A stretch of 63,430 nucleotides of DNA, the filler included, from Dicyema japonicum (Eukaryota > Animalia > Dicyemida): assembly GCA_011109175.1 (NCBI GenBank). It is 4 parts of 4 records of this genome, joined end to end, with 100 filler letters (N's around TTAATTAATTAA, not from the genome) between each part and the next. Parts side by side here need not be neighbours in the genome. Positions count along the whole stretch, not along the records: positions 1 to 23,883 come from RDEW01000079.1; positions 23,984 to 49,728 come from RDEW01000133.1; 2 more parts are not named here. The stretch is one strand, 5' to 3'. Shown piece after piece: positions 13,160-24,439 of the stretch. Below the pieces are notes generated by a model. It was given only the letters and a program-made list of their open reading frames with translations, did no database searches and had not been told where the DNA came from. Every line of letters starts with the position of its first letter. Within the stretch, counting starts at the first letter, position 1. The position numbers and the translations under genes are program-made.

Positions 13160-13880
13160 GCGTTATTGAAGTGATAGAATCATTCCATTCAACAGTTTTA
13201 TGTTTCTTGATTAATTCATCAATTTTTTTGTTGATTTCTGCTAGATATTCTCCATTTCCATCTATAGATGTCGCCGATTTGATCCTCCTTCGTTTTTTGG
13301 ATAGTTCAATGATCGGGTTTCGGATGAAGCCGCGGGAATAAATTTTTTGTCCGCAGAAAGAAGTGTATTAGTAAAAAAAGCAACAGCAGCGTCAAATGAT
13401 CGAAAGGAGGAGCAAGAAAAATTACTGAATATACGTTCAGTGTCATTCCTGAACGAGTCCCATTTCCCACGTTTGTAGTTAATGTAGGTCTTCATAATTC
13501 TCTTCTTTACAGGGTGATGGTTTATTTTTATTAGAATAGGATTGTGGTCTGTTGGTAGGTCGTACAGGACTGTCCATTTGGCGTCGAGAGCGATGTTTGG
13601 GGAACATAAGGTAATGTCAGGAGAAGTGTTTGAATCTCCAGGTCGCATTGCACAGCGGGTGTGTAGAAGAAAATTGTTTAGAGTGATCAATTCTTCCGCA
13701 TCCATTATGATTTGTTGGCCACGTTTGTCAGTTTTGTTTGTGGATAACCAAAGAGGATGATGGGCGTTGAAGTCGCCACATAGAATACAGTTTTCAATTG
13801 AAAAAAGAGGCAGTAAGTTCGGTGTATAATTGGGATCACATGACGAAATCGGGGGGATATATGTGTTAACAACAGAATAA
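13160..13880 (-). mobile_element. LINE APE endonuclease C-terminal/linker fragment
   Basis: YIPP, ILCGDFNAHHPLW, SPDITLCS and LPTDHNPILIKI. Confidence 0.75.
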
Positions 13881-13884
13881 CATA

Positions 13885-14437
13885 TCTGCGGAGTTCAAAC
13901 ACCAATGCCGCTGCGGAGTCCAGACGACGAGGACGGATATCATTCTCTTTCCTGTCGTAACGGGTTGGGACGCTCCTCACGGCACACTGAAATAAATGAG
14001 ATCATCCGCCGGTCTCTCCGAACTGCTGGATTCCATTCTCAGCTGGAACCCGTTGGCTTATTCGTCGAGGACGGCAGGAGACCAGACGGGATGACTACTT
14101 TTCCCTTTCACAGGGGTAAGTGTCTGGTATGGGACGCTACATGTGTAAACTCCTACTCAGAGCCCAACATGAAGCTGTCCTGAAAGAACCCGGGGCTCCA
14201 AGCAACCAGGCTGAGAAGAGGAAACTCGAAAAATATTCGGGATCTGGAGAAGCCAACGTTTTCATCCCCGTTGGAGTCGAGACGTCTGGGGTCCTTGGCA
14301 CCTCTGCAATCAACCTATTTCGAAGAATAGGTTCATTAATGGAGAGGAACACAAGAGACCCAAAGGAGTTCTCTAGACTCATCGAGAGGATCTCTATCGC
14401 CATAGTTAAGGGCAACGCCTTAGCTATTAGTTTTTAG
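13885..14437 (+). mobile_element. CRE-like non-LTR retrotransposon 3' end (restriction-like endonuclease)
   Basis: H.LSC, RH..IN, RPDG, WDATC, EKRKLEKY, PVGVETSG and RISIAIVKGNA. Confidence 0.8.
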
Positions 14438-14459
14438 TTAATTTCAAAATTAATTCACA

Positions 14460-14990
14460 TATCTTGTTAATGTTAATTTGAATAGATGAAATTTCGGTAA
14501 ATCGATCATTAGTTAAGAGAGATTCAATGTTGGCAGTTGAATCTGCAAAAGGAATGGCCTCGTGAATGAGAGTAATAAGACCCCGCCAGGCTTTCCAGAG
14601 AGGCGGTCATGACGAATGGTGGAATATCCTTGAAACGGGGGGTTTTAAATTTTGGAGTAAGTTTGGTCTCTTGAATAAGAGCTATATCAATAGAGTTCGT
14701 GTGTAGACAATAGCGTAGGTCATTGCATTTCTTAGAAATCCCGTTGATGTTCAATTGAAGGATGGTTAGTGTTCTAATAGGCTCAGGTTCAGGTTTTGTT
14801 CCACATCTCCACACCGAATCAACAATAGAATCAGGGAACGTAAGCTTGACGCTCGTCCCGTAGCCACTACCAACCAAACCGTTGACAGGTTGGTTGGCAA
14901 GGGGGAAAAGTTGGTTCTGTTTGTTGCTGATGGAGAATCAGCATCCAATCGTCTTCACGAGAAGGTGAACCACATGACGATCATAGCAGG
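14460..14990 (-). mobile_element. Second copy of the 2A-like plus APE fragment
   Basis: LLLIRCGDVEQN followed by a 1-nt deletion, then ILQLNINGI and IQETKL. Confidence 0.8.
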
Positions 14991-15111
14991 AGATATCCAG
15001 TTCAATTCCTTTCCAAAACACGACGGTTGGGGGCTTCAACGCATATGATCAGGATTATTAATTAATTTAAATTAGCTATGAACGTCGTTGTGGGTTAAAT
15101 ACAAATAATAA

Positions 15112-15787
15112 ATGAGTATCCACGTGAATCACAACCAAGTAATTGAAGCTGTCTGATATTGAAGAGTGGCAATCCCCTGCTGAACTACATCACAGCCGTG
15201 CCTTGGGAGTATCAGGCAATCTCCGCAGACTACGTGATTCCCCCCAGCACTTGCATTTTATATTTAAGTCTCCGCTTTCACATGGGAAGACGCCGATATA
15301 TCCATCAGAGAATCAACTCTGTCGAGAGAGGATTCAAAATTAAAGTCTTGCTAGTCAAAATCGACTCGGTTCTCATTGGGCAACACGTGATAGGACGATC
15401 CGGACTCGGCCTTGTCGGAGTTGGCTCAAATATCGATATTGGCCGATTTTAGCATGATCGTTTGCTGGAGGTCAGAATAATCGTCCTACTTTAGTTCGGA
15501 GGAGGCTGCCCGCTATGTCCAGACTTATAAAATATTTGAAAAAAAGCCTCCGGGGATAATTATGCCAAAAAAGCAGAAGACGTACACACCGCAGTAATCT
15601 TCTGTTGTATTTGCTTGGTGATCGATGTGTTGACTGCGATTAAGGGAGTCAATAAGACTGATGCCAAAACTCTACTTAATTTCTTTACCGACTTGGAGGG
15701 CATTGCTCAGGCTAGTGTGGAACAACTCAGTTTGTGTCAGGGGTTGGGAACCACAAAGGCTAGCCAGATTTTTGACGCTTTTCATCG
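15112..15787 (+). CDS. ERCC1: DNA excision repair protein ERCC1, copy B (3' end cut at an N)
   Basis: ATG at 15112. Introns 15139-15164, 15369-15393, 15471-15494 and candidate 15594-15617. Spliced protein follows ERCC1 (SGNPLLNYI...CWSSEEAARYVQTYK...VNKTDA...CQGLG). One A is missing from a homopolymer near 15570. Confidence 0.85.
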
Positions 15788-16129
15788 NTCACGGTGATGA
15801 AGAATTGTCCATGAAAATTGTTGTGAGTAAAAAAATATTTTCTATTTAAATTGTATTTTTAAAAAACTCAACGATATATCTCTATTATTGCAAGGAACAT
15901 GTTCGATACTAAAAAATAATTAAGACATTCATACAGAAAATTGATCTAGAAAATATAACAGAGTTGACGGATATTCGGAATGAATTTAACTTTGAAGATT
16001 ATGCAATTTTCTCAAAACATTTATTTATGTTGAAATCGGAAATAAATTCCCGTTTTCATAATATTAAAAAAATATTCAATTCCAAGATGGATTATCAATG
16101 TTATGCCAATATGTCTGGAATTCAAAAAA

Positions 16130-16608
16130 TATGATTATCGATGTTCTGTTTCGTATTACAGTTCCAAAAAAGCATGGATGACCAGATATATTTTTACTAA
16201 CTGGCCGATCAACCTCGATAACCTTTGAGGGAGAGAAGAAAGAAATTTGCTCCTTATAGATAATTTCGCTCTCATTGCTTGCCATCGAATTTGGTAAATA
16301 TTCTTCAACGAGAATGAAATAGCATCCAAGTTAAGCGAAATTTAATGGATCTTCTTTAGAACATTGAAAAAAAGGATTCCGTTCTTATTACAGCAATTAG
16401 AAGGTTTAAAGAAATTCTAAATATCAAAAGAAGCAAATGGGAATTGGATATTATTTCGATATAACTTAATAATAAGGTTGTTATCATAGAATAGAAGCTT
16501 CAAATGAATATTTTAAAATTATTGAATAAATTCTAAAATTTGACATTTTCCAAATTTGCTGCAAATTTGGCAGAAACCAAAAATGCCAAATTTGAGAGAA
16601 TTTACTGT
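16130..16608 (+). mobile_element. pogo/Tigger DDE_1 transposase relic with right end
   Basis: YYSSKKAWMTRYIFTNW...LLIDNF..H motif. Terminal GAGAGAATTTACTG|TA. Confidence 0.6.
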
Positions 16609-17576
16609 AATAATAATGCAAGAAAAGACTTGCCCAAAAGGAATGGGGCTTCAAACTAAATTGAAAAAGTCATATTAATATGAATAGAATAAAAAATAGA
16701 AAAGGAGAAAATAGACTCTCAAAAGAAAATTCAACAATCAAAATCCATTATTAATAATGCTTATAGTGAAATACGAATACTTTCCAAAACAATCCATATT
16801 AAATGATGAAAGTCTTGAAAGAACAACGAACATAAAAATAATGAATATTTAATAAAAATCATGTACATATATATTAAGATTTTCATAATAATTAAATTAA
16901 GCAGAAAAAAGACCAAAACAGAGCAACAAACTAAACAAGCACGTGTTCATAGCTTTTTATTTATACATTAAATGTTTAATTAAAATGTACAATAATTCAA
17001 ATTAAAAAAATATTAGTTTAATTTTATTGGCATATCTATTTTTACGGAAAACGTTTTTTAATAATTTAAACGTATCTTTTGAATATAGACTCTTCACCCG
17101 GTTTATCGATCACCAAGTGGCTTGACAAGTTTTAAGTCTTCCCGTTCGGTTCTGCAGCACTCGGGAGACACTTCACTTTCAGTGAACTTGGAAAAATGAG
17201 GAATAGAATCGCAAAATAAACTTTCTTCATATTTCTAGTTTTTAGTTAACCTCAAGTGTAGTTGCCAGTCATACGAGCAGAGTATTTAAAATGAGACAGG
17301 GAATAGGGAGAGTACGAACAGGCGGAAAAATCAAAAATGGATTCCGAAAAGTAAAATAAACTGCAGTAATCAAAGATTGAAATAAGAATTATTAAAAAGC
17401 TAATGAATACGCAAAAACGTGAACTGTACTTCAATTTCTATTGTCTCAATTGTGGCTCATTGTCGTTTTAAATTTGGGTTAAACATTCTTTGTATAAAAT
17501 GATCGATGCGATTCGTAGCAACGTTATTAATATTGTTTCGATATTTCCTTTAATCTGTGAACCCTGTCTTCTAATC

Positions 17577-20500
17577 ATGGATCCCACAGGTACTGAAGTC
17601 ATCCCCACTCTAAGAAAATATTAAATGGACAGTTGACCAGAAAAGTACGTATATGAACGATTCAGAATTCAAAAGTCGACTAAAACAACTACAAGCCTTC
17701 ATCGACAACATTTCCTTAAATAATTTTGATGCTTCTCCAGCTCAGAAAAGACAAATTTTTTGTGGTTGGAATTTTTAAAAGCTGACCAGCAGGAAACGTC
17801 CAATTTGAATTTTTTCAAAGAGCAGTAAACTCCATTTTTGAAGACGAGCTCGACATTCGTGGATTACGTAACTGTTTCCTAAAAATATTCACAACACCCG
17901 GACACAAACTTGACTGGACGGAGGTTCCTGTAACAGAAATTTTGACAGATTTTTGGATCATTTGTCCAGGAAATCGGATTGCCCTCAACAAATTCAACAC
18001 TGGCGACACTGGACAGTCAAATCACAAAGCAATCTCCGGTAACATGATCTGGTCAATCTTTCAAGATCTGAGCGCAGGAGACTTTGTCTGCTGTGTGAAA
18101 TACTTTGAACACCTGGAATGCTACAGCACTGCCTCGATTCTGGGAATGGTGTGCATTTGGAACAAAAAAGTAGTTTTTCTAATAATTTGCAGTTCAGAAG
18201 AATAAACATGCTCGTGACAAATGTCGTCAGTGTTGGTATAATCGAATAGAGCAAATACTGGACGGTGGGTTTGGGCTACGCTAAAGTCGGGAAGCGGGTT
18301 GTTCTCATCAACGAAAACGAACTGATAATCTGGGACTACAGAACTTCGGGGAGTCAGAAAGTACCACACGTGGTATATTTTAGAACTACAGCATCCTCAA
18401 TTGCACCAACAAACGAATCACAGCCGCGGTAGTCGACAACTTGGACGACGGGTCTGACGTAATCATTTTTGGCGACAGCGCGGGAAACATTGGAATTCTT
18501 CACTACGAGCAGTCCATGTTGTCTCGACAGGCAGAAATATCAAAAAGTCCTCGATTTTGTTGTTCAATGTCTGCGATTCGGTCAAGTAGTGCAAAGTCGA
18601 ATCCTTTTAGAAATTACCCTCAGTTCCACAGAGCTTCCGTCGAATCAGTTCTTGATTTATTTGCACGTGCATTAGATATTATACGATTCTACGCTAAAAT
18701 TGTTAATCTCGTCGTCAGCCACTAATCGTGGTCAAATTGTTATCACAAAAATCTCAGAAAAGCACGTGCTTAAGTACGTGTCTTGCCGTTAATGTATAGA
18801 CAACAATTCGTCATCATTAAAGAGACGAAATGTTTGGAAGTGACTCAAGGGATGGTCATCGTAGGAGGAAAGGACAAAATAATACACGTGTGGACATCCT
18901 TGAACTTCAATACGAAACCGAGTTGTTTAAAAAATACATTTCGAGACAAACTGTACGGACATAGGACTTGCATCATCGATTTGAAGTCATGTGGAAAGCT
19001 GCTGGCCAGTTTGTCGACGAACGGAGTCATTTTTGTGTGGAGTCTGTCTTCCTTTGTCCTTATACAAGTACTTTTGGCGACTCACTCCGCAAGCAAGTCA
19101 AGGCAAACTCTCCCACGTTTCTAAACTGTCTGTGTTTGGCCAAAAATGAGCTTGTCGCAGGTAATGTTGTTGTCTCATGGCTTAGCATCGACGAAGCTCT
19201 TGTTTTGGAAGGTCAACAAGCTTTCTATGGACCGCCACAAAATAGTTCAATCGCACGAGTTCCCGGTCATTAACGTATTTAATTTTTATACAAAAGTAGA
19301 TGTTTCTTGAAGGAATGACTAGCCAAATGATATCCTACGACCAACATTCCAACATAAAAGTCGTTTTTTGCTTATTTAACAGATTTGGGACTTGATGAAC
19401 ATGGAAAAGACCAGCGAATTCGAGGCCAGCAGTTCCGGGCTTATCACCGCCTGTGAACTCGAGCCTGGCTCATTCACGGCCACGTTTGGATATCAGAATG
19501 GTACCCCTGTCAGTCAAATTCAAACAGGCGCCTTGGAAGTCTGGGATTTGGCATTTAAACAAAAGTTCAAATCATTTGTGCCCGTTGAAGGTTCCTCAAA
19601 CAAGATTTTGGCTTTAAAGACGTACATAGTGAGGAACAAGCTCTCGATTGTGACTCTGAATGACAATAAGGCTCTTGACGTTTATGACGGATCAGTACTT
19701 AAGTGACTAATTTGTAGAAGAGGACAAAACGACTGAAATAATTCTGCTCAATTCTTTCCAATTACCCCCAAGTGAAGGAAAGCCTACTGTGGTCACTTTT
19801 GTCAAAAAAATGGTAATCATCGGGGACAGTCAGGGGAATGTCGAGATATATAATTTGAACACATTGGAGAGAACTGCTCAAAAGTAAACTGATTGAACTC
19901 AATTTTAAGCAAAATCAGCAAGAAAGACGCGGCCATCACAAAAATGGTCATCATCGGAACCAACAACTGGTAAGTACAGCCATTTTACCACTTCTAGTAG
20001 ACCACGTAGCATAATCAAGGAAAGTAAGGTAACTTAATTACTAATGTAAGAAATTAAATAAGAGAATGGATTCAGTAAAGCATAATCCAAGTTCAAGATA
20101 TTTGTAAAAATACAACTCAGATAAAAAATTCATTCTGAATGTGGTCTCCGCCCTATCCGACGGACAATCGTGGTCTGGGAAGTGAAGGTTTCCTGTTTTC
20201 CGCCATTCCCAGGCGAACAAAATAGTGGAACTGAGCCTTCTCATGAAGAAGACATCCGTCGTGTCCAGTCTGGCCTACTCAAGCCAATACTGTGCCTTTT
20301 GGCTGGAACGACGGTTGTCCCTGACCTGTGAATAACAAGATGGTTATATAATCAGAATAACCACGGACTTGAGAGACTCGGTGAATGAAAAGGATGTCGA
20401 CTGGCAATCATGGCAGGGTCACTCAGGAAGGATCAATTCGATCAGAATTACCAAAGACACGTTTCTGACCTGCAGTGAAGACACCTCCATAAGGTTTTGG

Positions 20501-21020
20501 ATCTGTCAGACTGGCAGGGTTTGGGACATGAAAACCAACAGCTTCTCCAATTACTGTCGAACAGGCCGAGTTTTATCAGGATTAATAAACGGAAAAAGTT
20601 TGTGTTTGAAGACATACCCAACAAGGTTTGAGTTTTTTTGAATTACGAGGACGCCGAAACACCAGAAGAATCCAATTATAGCTCAGAACACGGCCGTAGT
20701 GGAGTATTCGGTTAAATTCACTTTTTAGGAAAACCTCGAATTTAAAAAACGACTTTGTCCTGCCGAACATTCTGAAACATAATTACTTTTCCAATATAGG
20801 AAATACTGCCGTGGGCCATACGTTAAGACCAAGTAAAAAACTCGAATTGGAGGACTATATTTGGCTCGATCAAAGTCCATAAGGTTTTTTAAGGTCAATA
20901 TTGGGCAGATCGAATCGGTTCCTTCTGCAAGAACAGTGGCAAAAAAAATTTCAAAAGGGTCCCGGACATCTGATGGCCACAACCAATGATACACCTAACA
21001 AGTTAAAAATACTTTATTAA
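17577..21020 (+). CDS. WD40-repeat protein, WDR64/WDR49-like, many tiny introns (3' end approximate)
   Basis: Spliced N-terminus ...CFLKIFTTPGHKLDWTEIFGSF resembles WDR64. WD motifs include GGKDKIIHVW, LYGHRTCI, IFVWS, LEVWD and WQGHSGRINSI...TCSEDTSIR. Introns are 21-30 nt. Confidence 0.7.
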
Positions 21021-21210
21021 AATTAATCATTTTTTAATTAAATTTAATGCTTTTCATGAATTTTTCGATTTATTGTTGATATAATTTTTGATTACGTTAT
21101 TTTAATTGTTGTTAATGAAATATTTGGAAAAACAATGAATTAAAATTAAAATAAAAAAGAATATAAAAAATAAAATTATCAATATAAAAATAAAGTTTAA
21201 AGACAAATAT

Positions 21211-21620
21211 AGTATGTAGTGTAGTTGTTACTTATATTTTTAGTGAATGATCAGGACAAGGTCCGATTCCGTGCTGAATTAGAGTTCGTGCAGTGCCTTT
21301 CAAGTCCTAAATATTTAAATTGTACAAAATCTATTTCCAACCCGTAGTAATTGCCCAAAAAGGATATTTTCAAGACACTTGTTTTATAAACTATTTATCT
21401 TACCTACAATACTGGAAACAACCCAAATACTCATATTTTATAAAGTATGTTACGTAATAATCCCAGATATCCCACGTCACTATATTTCCTCGATTTACTT
21501 CAAGATCCCCAATTTCGAGAAAGAATAGCACGATGCGAGGTAGCTCAGAACATAGAAGACCAACTGATTCTCCACTGGCAGAACTACCAGCGGAAACGAC
21601 AAGGGAAGCTGACTCAGTGA
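21211..21620 (+). CDS. MED31: Mediator subunit 31 (SOH1), 109 aa
   Basis: Exons 21211, 21244-21321, 21348-21444 and 21467-21620 give MNDQDKVRFRAELEFVQCLSSPKYLNLIAQKGYFQDTCFINYLSYLQYWKQPKYSYFIKYPTSLYFLDLLQDPQFRERIARCEVAQNIEDQLILHWQNYQRKR..., the MED31 signature. Absent from the ORF track. Confidence 0.93.
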
Positions 21621-23389
21621 AAGGAGAAGAGCTCTTTGAGGGCCTCTCCACCTCCTGGGACGTCGTGAATGTCCTCGGCCATTTATTCAAATGCAAACAA
21701 AAATCAGTCCGCGAACAACTGGCTTTGAAACTCCAGGAATTTCCCCAAAGTGAGGAGTATTTGGCACAGCTGTTGAGCATGCACGTGACTAACTACGACG
21801 GAGGGTTCCTCGAGGAATATCTCCTTGCTCGTTGCCGGTCTTCGGTTCGCTTTGCAGTCACTTGCTCGCTCATGTTGAGGGCTCTTTCTCTTGGATATGA
21901 CGGGACATGTCGTCCTTTGGAGAGATATCTATGGAAGGCAAAGAAGAGTCACAGGAGGACATATTCTGATAGAGATAGAGGAGGGTTTGACTCGGGCTGT
22001 CGATGTCCTGTCAGCAAGACACAGTGGGTGGACGCATTTGCTCGAGGGGAGGCCGAATATGGGCGAGGGACATCTCACTGTCGTTGTCAAATCAACTTGA
22101 TTCGTCCACAAGTCGCATTTCTCTCTCAGTTGACTGCCCTTGGGTGTGAGCGGTGTCTTCCACACGAAAGACTAAATGTGCTCGTCAACCAACTCAAATG
22201 TCTTAATTCGAGTCTGCCTGCCCCTGTTTGGCTTCCCTTTTCCACAGAACACATAATTCTTAATATTTGTGAGAACGAGACAGTCATTCTCAATTCCAAG
22301 CCAAATGCCCCCTTCCTCGTATATGTGGAGGCACTACAGCGTCAGGCTGAGGCTACGGTCTCGACGTACTCAAAGTCCGAGTCCAATCTCCAGTCCAACA
22401 CTGTCTACTGTCAGCGTGTGTCTGCTGCTTCTATTCGACACCGATTACAACATTCTGTGACTCCTCTGATTGTGTCTTCCTCCAAGGATTCTACTGCGAT
22501 GGTCCCCGAGTGTTGGAATGTGAAGAAGGCGAGAATAAGGGCGACATCCTTGTTCGGAGATATGCCTAATTGGAGTTTATGGCCAGTCATCGTCAAACAG
22601 GGGGATGATTTGAGACAGGAAGTGCTGATATCCCAGGTTGAGTATTTGGTGATATCTGAGGTGATTGGACTACTCCAGGAGAGTTGGGAGGTCGAGAATG
22701 TGAGGTTGTGGGTTCGTCCTGTTCGTGTGTATGTGACTGGATCACTTCGGGGACTGATTGAATATATCCCCAACACTGCATCACTCCATCAAATCAAAAA
22801 GCGAGGATTTCCCCGACTTCATCAGTATTTTGTGGAACAGTTCGGGTTGGAGACGTCTGAGAAATATTTATGTGCGAGGGAGAACTTTGTGAGGAGCTGT
22901 GCGGGCTATTGTGTGGTGTGTTATCTCCTGCAAGTCAAGGACAGACACAACGGGAACATTCTTCTGGACGATGAGGGCCATATGTTGCATATTGACTTTG
23001 CTTTTGTAATGTCTTCTTCTCCTGGAGGAATTTGGGGTTTGAGGTGTCGCCCTTCAAGTTGACTGACGAGTTTGTGGAGGTGATGGGAGGGCTCGAGTCG
23101 GATATGTTCAGATTCTTCAAGAGTCTCATTTTCCAGGGACTTGTGGGAGCCAGGAAGCACGTGGAGAGGATTATTACATTGATGGAGATAATGCAAGTGG
23201 GGAATCCTACTCTCCCCTGTTTCAAGAACAGTACATGTTCTATTCAGTCCGGTCAGACAGAGGTTTCATGTCTCGTTGAAGGAAGACCAGTTGGAGCAGT
23301 TCACTGAGGAGATGGTTAATTCATCCTTGCGCTCGATCACTACTCGTTTGTATGACAGTTATCAGTACTTTTCTAATGGAATTTTTTAA
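21618..23389 (+). CDS. PI4KB: Phosphatidylinositol 4-kinase beta (start uncertain: spliced A|TG or ATG 21533)
   Basis: Helical region YLAQLLSM. Kinase motifs VIVKQGDDLRQE, CAGYCVVCYLLQVKDRHNGNILLD and HIDF. C-terminus SITTRLYDSYQYFSNGIF*. In-frame 24-nt intron at 22637-22660 and two single-base indels near 23030 and 23250. Confidence 0.9.
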
Positions 23390-23399
23390 TGCTTTTAAT

Positions 23400-23883
23400 C
23401 AATCAATAATATTTTTGGTTTCATGTTCCGCCGATAGAATTGCCATTTACTGTGGTTTCCATTTCACACATTCTTCGCATGTGGTTATTCAAATATCGGG
23501 ATCAGTCGACTATATTTAGAAAGAGTATCAGCCTGCAGTTGATTTTATTATAAAACTAATCAATATTTCTGAAATGGTGATACGACAAAAAGGATTGGTA
23601 TGTTTGACACTTGTGGTCAACTCCACTAATCCTGGTCTTGGGTTGTTGTTGCATAACCCCGGTCTCATATTAGGGTATGAGACCAGCGACGAGCATAAAC
23701 AACAGCGCCTTCGCGGGTTGCTCCCAAAGGACCTCGGGGAGTGAAAAGCACGCCTGTTTGCCTTTTCAGAAATTTTTGTGACATGTTTGTTAAAAGACAT
23801 GGTTGGGTCGAAGGTTAGACCGAAAATAATGGAATGTTTGGATGCGGAGGTCAGAGCCAGAGAGAGATAGCTTGGGATGTATG
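23400..23883 (-). mobile_element. LINE RT C-terminal fragment
   Basis: GLTFDPTMSFNKHVTKISEKANRR. Confidence 0.55.
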
Positions 23884-23927
23884 NNNNNNNNNNNNNNNNN
23901 NNNNNNNNNNNNNNNNNNNNNNNNNNN

Positions 23928-23939
23928 TTAATTAATTAA
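23928..23939. other. Artificial scaffold linker TTAATTAATTAA (also at 49773-49784 and 61521-61532)
   Basis: The same 12-mer, with stops in all six frames, sits centred in three N runs. Confidence 0.9.
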
Positions 23940-24439
23940 NNNNNNNNNNNNNNNNNNNNNNNNNNNNNNNNNNNNNNNNNNNNAAATAGCGGATGTTGTT
24001 TCCACGGATTGAGAGAGTGTCTAATTGCACCGTGTCCCCACCTTTCGTGGTCATTTTTACGTTCTTTAGGTGAGTATTCATGCTGTTATCAACACCTTAT
24101 AAATTTAAATATAGTTATGCCTGTTATCGTTCCATGGACTTGACTACAGTTTTTTAATTCGATTGTCACTGTCTCATGACTTAATTTCATAAGAAAACTA
24201 TGAATTATATAAATTTATATAACCTCACGAGTTTCATCACCACACAAAAAAATTTAAATTTATATTTTAAATATATTTTAATGTTATTTATTGCTTTAAA
24301 TTAAATTACAATTAATTTTTTTGGTGAGGTGGTGACTTGCCTCGTTTCTTAATTGGATCGCAATTGAGAAAAATGTCTAAAGGCAAGGGATACAAAGGGA
24401 TGCATCTCGTCTAAAGGTCTTTACGTTCAATGCTAGAGG

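Larger units (their letters stand above)
10809..15787. repeat. Inverted duplication with ~1.43 kb arms (10809-12236 and 14365-15787) and a ~2.1 kb spacer
   Basis: The arms are reverse complements with scattered substitutions and indels. Each carries ERCC1, a 2A-APE fragment and a CRE 3' tail. Confidence 0.9.

Noticed and set aside
21250-21310. Structured ncRNA or ribozyme (AGGAC...GTCCT)
   Set aside because: It is MED31 exon 2 (RFRAELEFVQCL).
21533-21617. Treating the ORF-track N-terminus MRGSSEHRR... as a settled PI4KB start
   Set aside because: This stretch is the alternate frame of the conserved MED31 last exon. It is kept only as one alternative in the first finding.
23020-23260. Programmed ribosomal frameshifting or RNA editing to explain frameshifts in PI4KB, ITPA (~54131), the RRM gene (~425) and ERCC1 (~15570)
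   Set aside because: The indels fall in short homopolymers, go in both directions and share no motif. The duplicated regions differ by the same kind of indel. Sequencing error is the simpler explanation.
23928-23939. TTAATTAATTAA palindrome as a biological element
   Set aside because: It is always centred in N runs and is a scaffolding linker. Adjacency across these gaps is not reliable.
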